Numbered from the stretch's first letter, positions 37,853 through 47,781 are shown. The stretch is DNA of 64,000 nt from Bdellovibrionales bacterium (GCA_050250255.1 JBFWOZ010000004.1:43557-107556), one strand, 5' to 3'. The notes: generated from the sequence alone by a model not told the origin. Numbers and translations: made by a program.

Positions 37853-38518
37853 GTGGAAAAATCTTTTGGGACTTCTGACGGAAAAATTGGTGAATACGCT
37901 GAAAAGGTCTTCCAGCCTGTCGATGCCATTTTAGAAAAAGTGGTAGAACGCACCCAAAAAGAAGGCATTCCCCTTATTCAAGTGGGTGGCATGGATGGAC
38001 TTCACTTAGAAGTTCTCACGCGAGCCTTTGGTGCAAAAAAGATTGTAGAGATTGGTACTCTCGCTGGCTACTCCGCGATTTGCATGGCAAGAGCCCTCCC
38101 CGAAAATGGAAAAATTTATTGTTTTGAAGTCAGTCCCGAAAGTGCGGCCATTGCCCAAGAGCATTTCAAAATGGCAGGCGTCGAAAAGAAAACAGAAATT
38201 CATGTAGGTCCTGCTCTAGAAAAGCTCTACGCCATCGAAAACCAAGGGCCCTTTGATCTTGTTTTTGTCGATGCAGATAAAGGGAACTACACGGAGTACA
38301 TGAAATGGGCCGAGAAAAATCTGCGTATTGGCGGCGCCCTCTTGGCCGATAACACGTTTGCCTGGGGTCTTATTGCTGATGAATCGATCACACCTGAACA
38401 AAAGCCTTCCGTGACCGCTCTAAGAAAATTCAACCAAGCCGTGGCGGATAGCCCCCGTTTTAGGTCGACGATTCTACCGACAGGAGAAGGCCTCACTCTC
38501 GCTGTGAAAATCTCCTAG
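37853..38518 (+). CDS. O-methyltransferase (Methyltransf_3, caffeoyl-CoA type)
   Basis: VEIGTLAGYS, FDLVFVDADK and ADN. Confidence 0.88.
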   Translation: MEKSFGTSDGKIGEYAEKVFQPVDAILEKVVERTQKEGIPLIQVGGMDGLHLEVLTRAFGAKKIVEIGTLAGYSAICMARALPENGKIYCFEVSPESAAIAQEHFKMAGVEKKTEIHVGPALEKLYAIENQGPFDLVFVDADKGNYTEYMKWAEKNLRIGGALLADNTFAWGLIADESITPEQKPSVTALRKFNQAVADSPRFRSTILPTGEGLTLAVKIS

Positions 38519-38625
38519 ATCACGTAGAAATGACAGGGTGGCTATTCCTTTGTCAGCATAGCTTCTATAAATAAATTCCTTCTAGAATAAGCATATACTA
38601 GAGACGTTACTGCTACTCAGCCAAA

Positions 38626-38641
38626 TGGAACACCTTTTGTA
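38626..38641 (+). promoter_or_regulatory. Sigma54 promoter candidate
   Basis: TGGAAC-N5-TTGTA upstream of ATG 38680 (-12 is GT rather than GC). Confidence 0.35.
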
Positions 38642-38679
38642 TTCCTCCAAACCATATCAATGATTCTTTGGAGGAATAC

Positions 38680-39636
38680 ATGCGTTTAAAGTGGAATTTA
38701 TCTTTAGCTTTGGGACTTATTCTTTTGAGTCACTTAGCGATGGCCCAGTCAGCTTTCAAACCCGCTGATATGAGTAAAGCCACCTCTGCCCTCCGTACAG
38801 CTTGTGACAACAGCCGGCATGACATGACTCAGATGGTTTATCAGCAGCATGCCTCTCCCCTCAGCCAACAATTGAATTTTCTCTTGTCGGTTTTAACTCC
38901 CTCTGAAAAATCCTTTCTTGAAAACTATAACGTGAATTTAGAAAAAGACGTTGAGGTCAGATCTACGGAGACCCTGGCTAAACTCAAACCACTAATGGAG
39001 AGTTGGAAAGAAAGAGTGGCTTCCAAGGGCATTCAAACTGAAATCGAAAAAACTGGGTATTCTGTACAATGGTGGAATGTTGAGCCAAAGAATCCTAACG
39101 CTCGTCCTATGGGCGGTAAGCCTGCAGTAAAAATTGTTAAGGCGGTACAGGATATGCTCGTCGCAAGAATCAGCCTAAGATACGATGCAGATATTACGAA
39201 GCCAACTAATGGATTCAGCAAAGAATTATCTTTTGAGTGTGATCGTGGAGATTTGTGCACGTCCCCTCTCTCAACAATTGAGATGAGCGATTTCATCGAA
39301 CAACAAATGCCTTTAGTTTGCCAAACACTCAAGATGGAGGACTTGCGCGAGCAATTCACAAAGCAAACTGGATTTCCGTTAGAGTGCAAAGACACTGTTA
39401 TGTCTTGCCAAAAAGGGATCAAAGCTCTCATTAGCGTTGCTCAAGATATCAAACTTTTAAAGACTGTCGCGCCGATTCTTTTACATACAGACAATCAAGT
39501 TTCTGAAATTTCTCTCTCAACGAATCCAAATCAATACAGAACTTCGACCTCCAATGCGCAATACTTCGCACATCCAAATACGAATAAGAGATTGAAATTA
39601 AAGATTGAACAAATCAATCGTGGGGATATTTACTAA
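38680..39636 (+). CDS. Secreted hypothetical protein
   Basis: GGAGG RBS, signal peptide ending AMA, six Cys. Confidence 0.65.
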   Translation: MRLKWNLSLALGLILLSHLAMAQSAFKPADMSKATSALRTACDNSRHDMTQMVYQQHASPLSQQLNFLLSVLTPSEKSFLENYNVNLEKDVEVRSTETLAKLKPLMESWKERVASKGIQTEIEKTGYSVQWWNVEPKNPNARPMGGKPAVKIVKAVQDMLVARISLRYDADITKPTNGFSKELSFECDRGDLCTSPLSTIEMSDFIEQQMPLVCQTLKMEDLREQFTKQTGFPLECKDTVMSCQKGIKALISVAQDIKLLKTVAPILLHTDNQVSEISLSTNPNQYRTSTSNAQYFAHPNTNKRLKLKIEQINRGDIY

Positions 39637-39639
39637 AAA

Positions 39640-40170
39640 TTATTTCTGAACTTCAGGAGTTTTTGCAGTGTCGCCCACGCGAATCGCAATACCGAGATCC
39701 ACCGCTTGGCTTCGAATCGGCATCGAGTGAACCAACTTCTGTTGAAGCTTCAAGAAGATCGGCTCGCGAATGGCGAGGTCGTTATCTTGTAAGACACACT
39801 GACGAGCAATGCGCTTATCCACATTCAAAATGACTGGCGCTTTTAAGTTTGCAGTCATGAGAGTGGGATCTTCAGGAATCGTGATGATGCTGAAAGAACG
39901 AATGCGTTCGGTGTTTTTGATTTGTAAAAGCTCGAGTTCGTTTTTGGAGAGATTCACTTTGTAATCATCTGCAAACAGTTCGGGCTCGAGAACAGGAAAT
40001 GCGATATCTGGTTGATCACAGCTTTGCAACCAAGCAAAGATTTCATCATCAGGGTCATCAAGAAGCACGAATGTCTTCAGTTGATTGAAACCAAGCAAGC
40101 CCTCAGGAAAAGCAATTTTATCCTCTTCGCTGATAGTTACTGTTCCAAACCGCCCTGTTTTTATGAGCAT
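39640..40170 (-). CDS. fliW: Flagellar assembly factor / CsrA antagonist FliW
   Basis: T.RFG, FPEGLLGF, FAWLQS and TANLKAP; adjacent to csrA. Confidence 0.92.
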   Translation of the reverse strand: MLIKTGRFGTVTISEEDKIAFPEGLLGFNQLKTFVLLDDPDDEIFAWLQSCDQPDIAFPVLEPELFADDYKVNLSKNELELLQIKNTERIRSFSIITIPEDPTLMTANLKAPVILNVDKRIARQCVLQDNDLAIREPIFLKLQQKLVHSMPIRSQAVDLGIAIRVGDTAKTPEVQK

Positions 40171-40290
40171 AGCGAGCCCCCCTCGACAATTTCAGAATGC
40201 CACATTTCTTAGACACAACAACACAAATTTTCGGTCCAAATGTTTGAAAATTTATGCGGGGCATTGGTTTTTAGGGGGTCTAGTAATCGG

Positions 40291-40518
40291 TTAGGTTTTA
40301 AGGAGCTTGGCCACGCGTCGTGAACCCTCAGCAGTTGCTGCTACAGAAGCCTTATTTTGCTCCTGGATCGCGATATAAACCTCTTCACGATGAATTCTGG
40401 TGTCCTTAGGGGCTTGGATGCCAAGGCGTACTTGCTTACCTTTGATTTGAACAACGGTGATTTTGATATTGTCGTCGATGGCTATACTTTCGCCAAGCTT
40501 ACGGGTGAGCACTAACAT
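40291..40518 (-). CDS. csrA: Carbon storage regulator CsrA
   Basis: [14 protein letters not shown]...VRLGIQAP...IHREE with the C-terminal extension typical of FliW-partnered CsrA; start 40518. Confidence 0.95.
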   Translation of the reverse strand: MLVLTRKLGESIAIDDNIKITVVQIKGKQVRLGIQAPKDTRIHREEVYIAIQEQNKASVAATAEGSRRVAKLLKT

Positions 40519-40630
40519 GGATAATCCCTCAAATCTTTCTTCAACATCCCAGTCAAAGCCCCAATCCATTTAAAGGACTGGCTACAAATACAAGTTCGGA
40601 TTGAACCGAGTGAAACTGTAGCTAAACTTT

Positions 40631-41683
40631 CTACTTTAGAAAGTCAAGGAGACTTGGCTGGATCAGTCGACCAGACGTCGTAAGGGTTGCATCTAGGGCA
40701 GTTTGAGCTTTTTTGATGTCAGTCATGAGCTCAAAGGTGTCGGCGTCTTCGTAGTTAGACTCCAGAACCTTGGCGTCGACATTGTTTTTCTGAATCGACT
40801 CAAGCGTTGACTGAACGTTCATCGATCTCGCCCCTAACTTTGATCGGGCAAGAACAACTTGGTCGATGGCCGTATCAATTCGATCGAGCGTGTTTTGAAT
40901 TGTCTGCTTATCATTGGACCTGAGTCCAATACTGAGCTCTTTAAGAACATCAAAAATATTTACGCCCTTAAGACCATCCGTAGGATCCGCATCTGGCGTT
41001 TTCGCCATTTCGTTCTGTGAAGAACGCACATCTAAACTTTTGCCCTCTTCTACGGTCGCGGGACCACGGAGCACAGGCTTTTGTAAATCCAAAGCGTCTT
41101 CTTTTGTCTTCTTCCATGCAGCCTCACCATCAGCCTCACGGCCTAGGAAAACCATCACACCAGGAAGGTTGATGGGCATGTAAACGCCCTTATTGATCTC
41201 GATCTGAATCTCACCATCATCACCAGTATAATCACCGTTCGGCGCAAAGACCCCGCGGTCAGTTTGGTAACCACCAAACAAGAAGCGTTCACCAAACTTG
41301 CGATTGGCAACATTCACGATACCCGAAAAGATTTGATCGACTTCAACTGCGGAGGTCCGACGAGTAAGAGCGTTGGAGCTCGCATCGCTGGATTGACCCA
41401 GGGCTAACTCTTTCACTCGCAAGAGGGCTTCACCCACATCACCGAGAGCTTGCTCTGAAGCATCTAAATTGGACTTCGCCACATTGATATTTTTAATAAA
41501 TTGTTCGCCGATATAGCGTTCTGTCCGCGAACTCTGCGTGCGCATGAGCCCCACCGGATCGTCAGAAGGTTTCGTGATCCTCTTCATGGTGGCCGCTTGA
41601 TTTTGAAGGTTAGACATCTCCGAGCGAGTCTTATTGACCCCTGCTTGAACTCGGTTTGTGCCAACCTTATCTGCGATCCTCAT
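40631..41683 (-). CDS. flgL: Hook-associated protein FlgL
   Basis: KRITKPSDDP N-terminus and SLLDFLK C-terminus. Confidence 0.9.
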   Translation of the reverse strand: MRIADKVGTNRVQAGVNKTRSEMSNLQNQAATMKRITKPSDDPVGLMRTQSSRTERYIGEQFIKNINVAKSNLDASEQALGDVGEALLRVKELALGQSSDASSNALTRRTSAVEVDQIFSGIVNVANRKFGERFLFGGYQTDRGVFAPNGDYTGDDGEIQIEINKGVYMPINLPGVMVFLGREADGEAAWKKTKEDALDLQKPVLRGPATVEEGKSLDVRSSQNEMAKTPDADPTDGLKGVNIFDVLKELSIGLRSNDKQTIQNTLDRIDTAIDQVVLARSKLGARSMNVQSTLESIQKNNVDAKVLESNYEDADTFELMTDIKKAQTALDATLTTSGRLIQPSLLDFLK

Positions 41684-41696
41684 GAATTACTCATCC

Positions 41697-43118
41697 CTAT
41701 CGTTTAAGGCTCAAAACTGTTTCTAACATTTCGTCAGCTGTACGAATCACTTTGGCAGAAGCATCGAAGGCTTTTTGGTATTCAATCATCTTGATGGCTT
41801 CTTCGTCCAAGTTAACACCGCTGATATTTTCACGAATATTTTTAAGCTGCTGAACAATGCCCACCTGGTGTTCATAGTTCGAATTCGCGTGGCGAATACC
41901 CACCGCTAATTCTGAAACGATCCCGTTGTAGAAATCGTTATAGGTGGCGGTTTTATCTCCCATCCATTTTTCATGTTGGAGTGAGGAGATAAAGTTAGCA
42001 ATTCGGTTATCCCCAGGGGCATCGGGCGCTGCCGCGGCGGCAATCTTCCAAACGTCACCATCTAATTCTGAAGAAATACGAAGACGTTCTGCAGAGTTTG
42101 CAACAGGTCCTTCTAGATCAAAAAAATCATGACCCGATTGTCCGTACTTATCAAATCCCATACGGTGGGCTCGGTTCACATTCGTGGCCATGCTATGAGC
42201 TAGCGTATCGATTTTTTCAAGCACGCGGTTGATGACTTTGTCTCGAACTTGTAAGGCTCCGCCGATTTCACCACCGGTGATTTGATCGGTGATCACAACC
42301 GCGGGTGAGAATTCATATTTAAAAGTGATATCAAAATTTCCGGTTCGTTTTTGTCCACGCTCTTCTGTGGGAACAGCATCGAGCTTAGCGCTTGACCCAC
42401 CAGAGACAAGTACCGCATTATTCCCTGCAGTTACTGTAACACCACCATTATCTCCTTCGGAGTAACGGATGTTCATCTTTTGACCGATCTTTTTTAAGAT
42501 TTCATCTCGACGATCGCGCTCGTCGTTCGCAGGAGTTCCTGCAAATTCAACGTGCTCCACCATTCCATTGAGAGTCGCAACTTCCTTCAGGAGGCTGTTG
42601 ACCTCTTCAACCTCAGCTTTGACTTGAAGATCGATATCTCCCTGAATGCCCTTCATCTGGTCATTCACTCGCTTGAAATCTTGAGATACGGCCATCGCTG
42701 TTTGTTTCACCAAATCACGAGTGGCTTGGCTGTCAGGACTATTTGCTAATTCACGAAAGGCATTAAAAAAGTCGGTTACAAATTGATTTAAGCCCGTTCT
42801 CATTTGTTCGTTGAAAGCGTTTTCTACGCGCACGAGATTGTCAGCTTGGCCTTTATTTGTACCAAGCTTACCCATCTCACCTTGAATTTGTTTTTCGAGG
42901 AATTCGTCGTTGGTCCGCGTGATACGCTTTGTTCGAGTGCCTGTACCAAAACGAAGATTTCCTTCACCTACCGCAGGAGCCGTTTCAAATTCCGCTCGTT
43001 GTCTCGAAAAGCCTTCAACATCTTTTGAGGAAATATTGTGAGACACAGTCTGAAGTGCATTCTGACTGTTCATCAGGGCGCGCTTTCCAATGTCCATGAC
43101 CCCAGCAATTTTGCCCAA
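41697..43118 (-). CDS. flgK: Hook-associated protein FlgK
   Basis: SHNI...GFSRQR and SGVNLDEE...YQKAF.ASAKV. Confidence 0.92.
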   Translation of the reverse strand: MGKIAGVMDIGKRALMNSQNALQTVSHNISSKDVEGFSRQRAEFETAPAVGEGNLRFGTGTRTKRITRTNDEFLEKQIQGEMGKLGTNKGQADNLVRVENAFNEQMRTGLNQFVTDFFNAFRELANSPDSQATRDLVKQTAMAVSQDFKRVNDQMKGIQGDIDLQVKAEVEEVNSLLKEVATLNGMVEHVEFAGTPANDERDRRDEILKKIGQKMNIRYSEGDNGGVTVTAGNNAVLVSGGSSAKLDAVPTEERGQKRTGNFDITFKYEFSPAVVITDQITGGEIGGALQVRDKVINRVLEKIDTLAHSMATNVNRAHRMGFDKYGQSGHDFFDLEGPVANSAERLRISSELDGDVWKIAAAAAPDAPGDNRIANFISSLQHEKWMGDKTATYNDFYNGIVSELAVGIRHANSNYEHQVGIVQQLKNIRENISGVNLDEEAIKMIEYQKAFDASAKVIRTADEMLETVLSLKR

Positions 43119-43619
43119 TTAGATTTCCTTGCTCACAAATTTTCCAGGCGCCTGATTCGTCTCAAGCGTACCTTGTTTTTTATAAGTTGTATTTGAAGCT
43201 TGTTCCGGACTTGAATTCAGATTGTGTTTAATAATCTTTAAAGCATTCTGAGTCAGTCGTTCGTTTTGTTTATTATAATCCCGCACTCGAGTGAGAGTGA
43301 TATCAAGTGCGACTTGAACACCCCGAAGCTTAGCACCCTGATCTTTCGGGAGAATATCTACCAACTGAGTCAGATTTATTGTTTTTCCTGCTAAGTTCAA
43401 AGAAGAGAGAAAGGTCTCAACACGTTCTTGACGTATTTTCTCAAGAGCTTTTGTTTTGGTAATGAAAGCTTCTTTTGTTTGATTGATTTCCGTGATGCGA
43501 CCCAGGTCAAAAGAAATGAGAGCCGTCTTTTCTTCTTCAAGAGTATTGAAAAAGACATTATAGACAGAAACAAGTTCTTCCAAGATTTGAATTAAACTTT
43601 GATAAGCATCTTGTTTCAT
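43119..43619 (-). CDS. flgN: Flagellar chaperone FlgN
   Basis: Helical, E..AL, N..N..L and TY...G; lies between flgM and flgK. Confidence 0.75.
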   Translation of the reverse strand: MKQDAYQSLIQILEELVSVYNVFFNTLEEEKTALISFDLGRITEINQTKEAFITKTKALEKIRQERVETFLSSLNLAGKTINLTQLVDILPKDQGAKLRGVQVALDITLTRVRDYNKQNERLTQNALKIIKHNLNSSPEQASNTTYKKQGTLETNQAPGKFVSKEI

Positions 43620-43666
43620 TTATTCCGTCCATGGAATCAATGTTAACTGACTAAAAATCTAAGAAA

Positions 43667-43993
43667 CTATTCTTCGCTTCCGTATTCGTTGAGTAACATT
43701 TCGTCGACCATTTTATCCGCAACCTTTGCAGAGTCGACTTTGTATTTTCCGCTATCGATTAAACCCTGATACTTTGCCACTTTTGCTTCATCAACATCAG
43801 GAGCTTTTTTAGCAATATCAAAAGATTTTTTAATATCTTGAGATCTGCTGGAAATATCAACTTTCGCGGAACTTCCTAAATCTGCTAGTGGATTTGCCGC
43901 TTTTCCATCAACTTTTGTTTTTGTAGACTTCGCAGATTGACTTGCGTTTTCTGCTGAATATGTTCCGTTTGTAGCTTTTGGAGTTATCTTCAT
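43667..43993 (-). CDS. flgM: Anti-sigma28 factor FlgM
   Basis: V.IS, PDVDEAKV....I.SG.YKVD..KVADKM. Confidence 0.9.
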   Translation of the reverse strand: MKITPKATNGTYSAENASQSAKSTKTKVDGKAANPLADLGSSAKVDISSRSQDIKKSFDIAKKAPDVDEAKVAKYQGLIDSGKYKVDSAKVADKMVDEMLLNEYGSEE

Positions 43994-44060
43994 AACATCT
44001 CCTATTTCCTCATTGTATCATATCGAGACATCGAGACAAAGCGGCTTATAAGCACTTGAC

Positions 44061-44744
44061 CTATGTCTTTGTTTCCATTGACCAAAAGATTCCTTTTGAT
44101 TCAGGGCTCAAGCTTCCCATCTTTTGGCCAGCTTCCACTTGGCCTCCTGTTCTTAAGTCTGCAGATTTCATGCCTTCAAAACGTAGTCGTGATGAAACCC
44201 CGTTGTCGTGATCTATGCGTAATTGAATAAAACCATCGCCCTCTTGCTCATAAGCGACTTTTCCTGCCCAAGGGGAAACCACGTCTTCTGCAGCTTTACC
44301 TGGAGACGTAGAAAGTCTTTCTAAGAACAAATTTGCGCCTTTGGCAGGAGCTAAACCAGCTGCTGGCGTAGTTCCCTGTTGCAATCTAAATTGTCCCTTG
44401 GATTCAAGAGGCATAGGCCCTACTGGCTTTGCCATCCCAGAAGAGTTCGAAAAATATTTTTCCATGATGTGACTGTAGATCATATCCGCAAGACCTACTC
44501 CACCACGCTCACCCCATTTTTCAACATAGTGATGATCCATTTGTTCGCGATAAATTCTTTCACCCTGACTTGTAGGTATGAGATCACTCTCTTGCACGGT
44601 ATTTCTCATTGCTTTGAGCATCTCTCTTAAGAATTGCTGCTCATACATCTGAGCCGCCTTCATCACCTTCTCATTTTTTCGAGGCTGAGTAACCTGAGAA
44701 GGATCGAGATTCAATTTTGGTTTTACATTATTGATGGACGACAT
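44061..44744 (-). CDS. flgJ: FlgJ rod-binding protein with a degenerate M23-like C-terminal domain
   Basis: AAQMYEQQF...MLKAMR.TV and GVGLADMIY; start MSSINN at 44744. Confidence 0.75.
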   Translation of the reverse strand: MSSINNVKPKLNLDPSQVTQPRKNEKVMKAAQMYEQQFLREMLKAMRNTVQESDLIPTSQGERIYREQMDHHYVEKWGERGGVGLADMIYSHIMEKYFSNSSGMAKPVGPMPLESKGQFRLQQGTTPAAGLAPAKGANLFLERLSTSPGKAAEDVVSPWAGKVAYEQEGDGFIQLRIDHDNGVSSRLRFEGMKSADLRTGGQVEAGQKMGSLSPESKGIFWSMETKT

Positions 44745-44965
44745 TTCGTACGTCCATCTTCTTGAAGAAAAAAGAAAGGGGAGTTGAGCCATCCAGTCCG
44801 TGCATCCTGCACTTCACTCCGCACAACGAGCTCTCAACCAATCCTTGGCCAAAGCTTTCATCATGCAACTGTTTCCTGCAAAAACAGTATTCGGTCGCCC
44901 ATCCATGGTTCGTGACCTTCGACTCACCCTCCCCCGGATCCCAACACTTCCATGTGTTGGTAACG
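44745..44965 (-). ncRNA. Candidate CsrB/RsmZ-like GGA-hairpin RNA between flgI and flgJ
   Basis: 11 GGA trinucleotides on the minus strand within 44753-44951, several in hairpin loops (CCAACAC-AUGGAA-GUGUUGG, GUGC-AGGAU-GCAC, CCA-AGGAU-UGG, CC-AUGGAU-GG). Confidence 0.55.
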
Positions 44966-45011
44966 TACACTTTAAGTCTAAATCTATTTTCATTAACTAC
45001 GAAAATCTTTT

Positions 45012-46034
45012 TCACAAAATTTCTAGCTCTCCCTGTAAGGCACCGGATGCTTTGATGTTTTGTAGAATCGTGATCAAGTCCTTCGGCGAGACACCGAGTG
45101 CGTTCATTGCACGGACTAGTTCACCTATACTCGCCTCGCCCTCGACTATAGCAATGCGATCACCCTTCTGGTCTTTACTTTTGTTACCATCTGGGCCGCC
45201 GACTTTTACAGTAAGATTGCCGTGACTGATAGCGACCTTCGACACTTTCACTCCGTCGCCGATGACAACCGTTCCAGTCTTCTCGTTGACGACAACTTTT
45301 GCTCTCTTATCAGGAACGACGTTGAGAGTTTCGATCGTGGCCATTAGCTCCACCGCGTTTCCTTCATAAGAGAAAGGAACAACCACATCAACCGTACCAC
45401 TATCTTTTGCTACAGCGTATTTCCCACCAAGATCGGTGTTGATCATTTTTGCAACACGCGCTGAAGTCGTAAAATCTGGTGAATGTAGTGTGAGTCGAAA
45501 CATTTTTTGGCTCGCAAAATCCACATCTAAATCTTTTTCGATAATCGCTCCGTTAGGAATTCTTCCTGCAGTCGTGTGAGCTTTTGCCTGACCCTCACCA
45601 CCACCGATTAATATATTCCCTTGAGCGACAGCATAAACCTGTTGGTTCGCGGCTTTTAGAGGCGTTTGAATGAGCGTTCCGCCCTCTAAGCTTGAGGCTT
45701 CACCAATGGAATGAACAGCGATATCTAATTTATTTCCTGATCGTGCAAAGGGAGGAAGACTTGCAGTTACCAAAACCGCGGCCACATTTTTGCTGGCAAC
45801 ATCTGTCCCTTCTAATTTAATTCCAACGGCATCAAGCATCCGAGAGAAACTTTTGTTCGTGAATTCCGCTTTTCCATCTCCGGTACCTTTCAGGCCCACA
45901 ACGAGACCATAACCGATGAGTTGGTTTTCTCTTACCCCACGGACATTGGCGATGTCTTTGATCCGAGCCGCTTGTGCTCTCAATGCCATCGCTACGAATA
46001 CGAGAATAATTTGTAAAACGATAAAGGCCTTCAC
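45012..46034 (-). CDS. flgI: Flagellar P-ring protein
   Basis: RIKDI..VRGVRENQLIGYGLVVGL.GTGD, NVAAV and GALQGEL. Confidence 0.97.
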   Translation of the reverse strand: MKAFIVLQIILVFVAMALRAQAARIKDIANVRGVRENQLIGYGLVVGLKGTGDGKAEFTNKSFSRMLDAVGIKLEGTDVASKNVAAVLVTASLPPFARSGNKLDIAVHSIGEASSLEGGTLIQTPLKAANQQVYAVAQGNILIGGGEGQAKAHTTAGRIPNGAIIEKDLDVDFASQKMFRLTLHSPDFTTSARVAKMINTDLGGKYAVAKDSGTVDVVVPFSYEGNAVELMATIETLNVVPDKRAKVVVNEKTGTVVIGDGVKVSKVAISHGNLTVKVGGPDGNKSKDQKGDRIAIVEGEASIGELVRAMNALGVSPKDLITILQNIKASGALQGELEIL

Positions 46035-46810
46035 TTGACCTCCTTTTTCATACTGACGATATCGAATCGTGAATCAAGAATGCGGGAAGATTGAACTGCA
46101 TCGTCTCTGATATCGCTGGGACGCACAATACCTGTTGCGATGACTTTATACTCTCGCTTGCCAATCATAAAAGTTTGGCTTCCTTTAAGTCGGTAACTTC
46201 CATCGCTTGATTGCTCGATGATACGGCTTGGAATTCTGGCCACATCAAATTGGCTCGCTTTTTCTTCGGCTTCTTCTTGTTTTTCAGCTGGATCCGCTTT
46301 CGCCGCCGCGCCCTTTGCTTCAGGAGCTTTCTTCTCTCCGTCTTTCGCTTCAGGAGCGCCTTCTGCAGGCTGTTGAGCAGCCAATGTTCTCTGACTCTTG
46401 CGGTTCTTTTCTAAAAGACTTTTTATGATTTCAACTTTTTTCTCTAATTGAGTTTTCGGTGAGCCCTCTAAATCAATGTTAACGATGTCACCCGTAAGGC
46501 GGTTGGTATTTTGAGAGAACAAATAAGCTGTTTGTCCTTCCATAGGCCATAAAGATCCCGCTCGGTCGTCGAGCATTCCTTCTTTTTCAAAAATTTCTTT
46601 ATTCACTCTTCGATAGAGCCGGCCGTTATCGTTCGCGTTCATGTTAGCATTTTCTGAAAACTTCGCTTTTCCTGACGAAGATTTATTTTGTGTCGCAGGC
46701 GCCTCAGAGCCACCCAAAAAAGATTTCATTTTCTTCCCGAGACTTCCACATCCCGTAAGAGCTAAAAAAAGGCTGAGAAAAGTTATTTGATTTATCCACT
46801 GTCTCATCAT
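46031..46810 (-). CDS. flgH: Flagellar L-ring lipoprotein (divergent)
   Basis: Lipobox LTGC, GSLW, GDIV.I and GIVRPSDI; lies between flgA and flgI. Confidence 0.8.
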   Translation of the reverse strand: MMRQWINQITFLSLFLALTGCGSLGKKMKSFLGGSEAPATQNKSSSGKAKFSENANMNANDNGRLYRRVNKEIFEKEGMLDDRAGSLWPMEGQTAYLFSQNTNRLTGDIVNIDLEGSPKTQLEKKVEIIKSLLEKNRKSQRTLAAQQPAEGAPEAKDGEKKAPEAKGAAAKADPAEKQEEAEEKASQFDVARIPSRIIEQSSDGSYRLKGSQTFMIGKREYKVIATGIVRPSDIRDDAVQSSRILDSRFDIVSMKKEVK

Positions 46811-47781
46811 TTTACCTCAACGACCCCTTCAGCTACGACAACACCCACAACAATCTTTTTGGTCTCTGGGTTTTGAACTTTTACTAAGTCTCCAATGTAT
46901 CCTTCATCTTGAGCCACACCCTTCATGCTAACAGACCAAACTTCATGCCCTGAAGTCAGCACGACGTTTTGTCCACGATTAAGAGCGGGTTGTCTTTTCA
47001 CTTGAGACTTCAAAAGAACTTGATTCGCTCGAACGGGTACCTTCAATACTAAGCCTACGATTTCTTTTTCGTCGGGGCTCGCATCAAGGGCAAAAGTCAC
47101 ATCGCGCTTACCCATGATAAAATCGTTTGGCTGAATACGGATTCCCGGTTGCAAATTATGAGAGATCACAGGAACCAATTTTTTCACCGACACTCTGCCA
47201 GAAAGCCAATAAACTTTTTTATTTTGATGAGGTTCAAAAATCTCAACCGCGATTTGGAAAGTCCCTCTAAGCCGCGAATAATCCGCACGAATTTCCCAGC
47301 GTCCCTTGGGAGAAAGTTCATCCATTGTAGGAACACGTAGCTCCATGATTTCCACATCACAGCCGCTACAAGTTTCAGAAATACCGCTGACAAGCTTTTC
47401 TTTGACTTCAATTTCGGTAATTGATTGTCCCTTGCCGATAATAGTTATGGTTGCAGGAATTTGTAATTTCAGAGGAGCTTTTTCACTCGTCTCTGCCGAC
47501 AGACCCACGCCTCGCATTCCCGATCTCAACGCTTCGGCAATACTGCTATTAGAAAACTGGCGCGACTCACCATAGGCAGGAGCATCTCCAAGGGGAACTG
47601 AACTTAATTGCTTTTTCTGCATCTCGCTCATTCCGTTAATTTCTGCCACATCGCCTAAAAATAAAGTTGGACCATTCACTCGTGATACTTCACGAATGAT
47701 GATGCTGATCTGGCGAGCTTCAGCAGCGGTTGCCATGAGATAAAAAGCTAAAATGAGGAGGGGTTGAATCGCTGTTTTCAT
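46807..47781 (-). CDS. flgA: P-ring assembly chaperone FlgA
   Basis: SAF-like region and G.A..G..GD.VKV.N..TKKIV.G. Confidence 0.85.
   Translation of the reverse strand: MKTAIQPLLILAFYLMATAAEARQISIIIREVSRVNGPTLFLGDVAEINGMSEMQKKQLSSVPLGDAPAYGESRQFSNSSIAEALRSGMRGVGLSAETSEKAPLKLQIPATITIIGKGQSITEIEVKEKLVSGISETCSGCDVEIMELRVPTMDELSPKGRWEIRADYSRLRGTFQIAVEIFEPHQNKKVYWLSGRVSVKKLVPVISHNLQPGIRIQPNDFIMGKRDVTFALDASPDEKEIVGLVLKVPVRANQVLLKSQVKRQPALNRGQNVVLTSGHEVWSVSMKGVAQDEGYIGDLVKVQNPETKKIVVGVVVAEGVVEVK

Noticed and set aside
44022..44038. TCGAGACA tandem duplication upstream of flgM as a sigma28 promoter
   Set aside because: CGAT cores are present but I could not place a -35 TAAA at the correct spacing.
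44728..45015. 95-aa minus-strand ORF between flgI and flgJ (and + strand ORFs 44762-45055, 44800-45225)
   Set aside because: No recognisable motif and odd composition; better explained by the GGA-hairpin RNA. Not fully excluded, since its GTG overlaps the flgI stop.
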